Under the pieces are notes generated by a model that did no database searches, had not been told where the DNA came from, and saw only the letters and a list, made by a program, of their open reading frames with translations. Positions 62,213 to 64,000 of a stretch of 64,000 nt of DNA are shown one piece after another (the first letter of the stretch is position 1; each line of letters begins with the position of its first letter). This DNA comes from an uncultured Verrucomicrobiae bacterium. GTDB lineage: Bacteria; Verrucomicrobiota; Verrucomicrobiia; Chthoniobacterales; JAFAMB01. The translations under genes were made by a program, and so were the position numbers. The stretch is from NCBI GenBank assembly GCA_963837955.1, contig CAWIPH010000001.1, positions 256,001 through 320,000 on the forward strand, in the 5' to 3' direction.

Positions 62213-63430
62213 GAAAAGCACTGAACCGGAAACAATTTTCCGAGCGGCTGCTCCAAGATTCTCGAAGAAACGTGGACGGCTAAAAAAGTGCGTTGAATGC
62301 CGTCGCGTAGCGATTCGCAAGCTCTCGTGCGTATAATTGGCTAGAACGCGGGCGCGCCCAGCTCCGCTTTTCGCCGCACGCCAGACATCATCCCGGAGAG
62401 CTCGCTCAAGCAAATTTCCGAGTGCGCCCACATCCGCTTCCGGGAAGATACAATCCGGTTCACCGATGACTTCCGGAATCGCGCCACAACTCGATCCAAT
62501 CGTCGCGACACCACAAGCCATTGCCTCGATCAGGATGTGGCCGAATTGTTCTTTCCACCAAACTGGTCCGGATGACGTGCGACTCGGTAATACTAGTACG
62601 TCCAGCAGTTGCAGAAACGTAGCGATCTCGGGATAGGTCATTGGGGAAAGGGCCCGGATCCGGCTGTCCTCACGGGCCGCCGCCTCGATCCGCGCGGCGA
62701 GAGGACCGGTGCCCATGAATACAAGGAAGGTTTCCATGGATAACCCGGGAAGCGCCTGGAACGCGGCCAACAAATCGAGCACACCTTTCTCCGGGACCAA
62801 TCTTCCGCAATAGGCGATCAGCCGAGCGCTTGCGGCGTAACCGGCAGACTCTTTGCGCCTCGCGCACTCCGATTCGGAAAGAGGAATAAAAATTTCTGGA
62901 TCGACACCGAATTGCGGCAGACAAGGTCCGCGCGGGGTGAACCAAAACTCTTTAAAATCGCCGCCGCACCGCTGTTTCCACCGATCGCAAAATCGGACGT
63001 CCGGGCAGCAACTCGATAAACGAGTCCCAGGATTCTACCTTTCGTGCCACCTCGGAGAATGTTCTCCCAGGTGAACTCGCCGAAGAGCGCGCGACGCTCA
63101 AAACGCTGTTTCAGGAGCCAAGTTTGCCACCGGAGCATGCCCCAGGGCTCATTTTAAACCAAAACCAAATCGTAAGGCTGTTTGCGAAAGACAAAATCCA
63201 AACCGCGATACCAATTTCGAGTTCCCGAAACGCAGCCCCACCAATTGGTAATCCTACCAGTTCGTAATCTCTTGACGAAGGTTCGGGCTCTACTCTCTCC
63301 GTCCAACCGAATCCGCCGCACTCGTTTGCGGTCACACACGTCAAATCAAACTTCTTGGCCAAATGAGAAAGTTTTTTTCGATGCTCGCGAATGGCGTAGG
63401 CGGTGCCAACAATCAAGAGCCGTCAATTCA
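62210..63430 (-). pseudogene. GT4 glycosyltransferase, multiple frameshifts (ends approximate)
   Basis: FTWENI; VPEKGV; DVLVLPS...WKEQFGHILIEAMACGV..IGSSCGAIPEVIG. Confidence 0.78.
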
Positions 63431-64000
63431 TCGGCTGATGCGCTCTCTTCGAGCAAGCCAGGTGAGTGAATTGCACAAGTTGTCCCGACGACATGATAGA
63501 TTTGACGACCACTCTCTTCAGAAAAATGGTCTAACGCTTCTGGAACCCTTAAGCGATGGGTGACCGGAATGTTCGGGCGGTAGTCGTGCCAAACGATCGT
63601 TCCACGATCGCTGATTACTTTCGCAGCAAGCCTGGAGTCGCGAGTACGTCCGCGAGCAAATGCGAACCATCGATGAAGATCAGATCGAACCTTGCCTCGC
63701 GTACCAGTTTGTCACCGGCTCCCGCAAAACTTCCAATTCGAAGTTCCACACCATCCTGAGCTAAGAGCCGCCGCCGGTAGGGAGAGTCAACCACGGCGAT
63801 ATCTAACTGATAACCGTCGCATTCGGGCAATTGAGTTTAACGGCGCAATTCGTGCGAGCTCTAAACGTTCCGACTTCCAAAACGCGTCTTGGTTGAAGCG
63901 TCTTGGCTAAGGCGAGCAAAAAAAAGAGATCGGGGGTGGGGCTGTCCAGATCGAGAGAAAGCGGCGCAGCGACCGGAATGATTAAATCGTGCGATAAGTT
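63430..64000 (-). pseudogene. Methyltransf_24-like methyltransferase, frameshifted, 5' end beyond window
   Basis: PRRVLEVGT, FDLIFIDGSH, IVWHDY in different frames. Confidence 0.7.

Noticed and set aside
1..64000. tRNA, rRNA, integrase, transposase, prophage, reverse transcriptase
   Set aside because: No such motifs were recognised by eye in the ORF track or sequence; tRNAscan-SE and HMM searches would be needed to exclude them formally.

Overview
This 64-kb bacterial window (GC roughly mid-50s % by eye) has gene content and style suggesting a soil Verrucomicrobiota (Chthoniobacterales-like) chromosome; that assignment is inference. The first 47 kb is mostly intact housekeeping and accessory genes. 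It opens with a PAS histidine kinase (cut by the window edge), a LolA-like protein, and a tolQ/exbB-tolR/exbD-tonB/tolA-like trio. These are followed by a membrane Ser/Thr kinase-pseudokinase-SEL1 protein and a glycine-zipper lipoprotein. Further genes include AraC plus a GH3 glucosidase, a YafY-type WYL regulator, PFK, an S9 peptidase, a sirtuin, infA, rarA, sppA and a stand-alone GH94 (C-terminal half of cyclic beta-1,2-glucan synthase). From 47 to 64 kb lies an exopolysaccharide locus (WecB/TagA GT, DUF268, GT11, exosortase and EpsI, GT4s, flippase, methyltransferases, Pectate_lyase_3/GH55-like protein) whose frameshift density rises sharply toward the right end. The intergenic DNA holds at least five families of palindromic REP/REPIN/MITE-like elements plus 7- and 9-mer tandem repeats, with no transposase in the window. 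The best leads are: (i) a TGACA-N6-TGTCA operator embedded in a PafBC-like TGTCAC-N10-TATCCT promoter, in front of an orphan membrane protein next to the WYL regulator; (ii) a palindromic element present with 1, 2 and 3 internal ~150-bp modules; (iii) a 228/229-bp array of structured repeats; (iv) the Tol/Ton-kinase-lipoprotein locus and an unnamed domain shared by two lipoproteins. No tRNA, rRNA, CRISPR array, integrase or recognisable defence system was seen.
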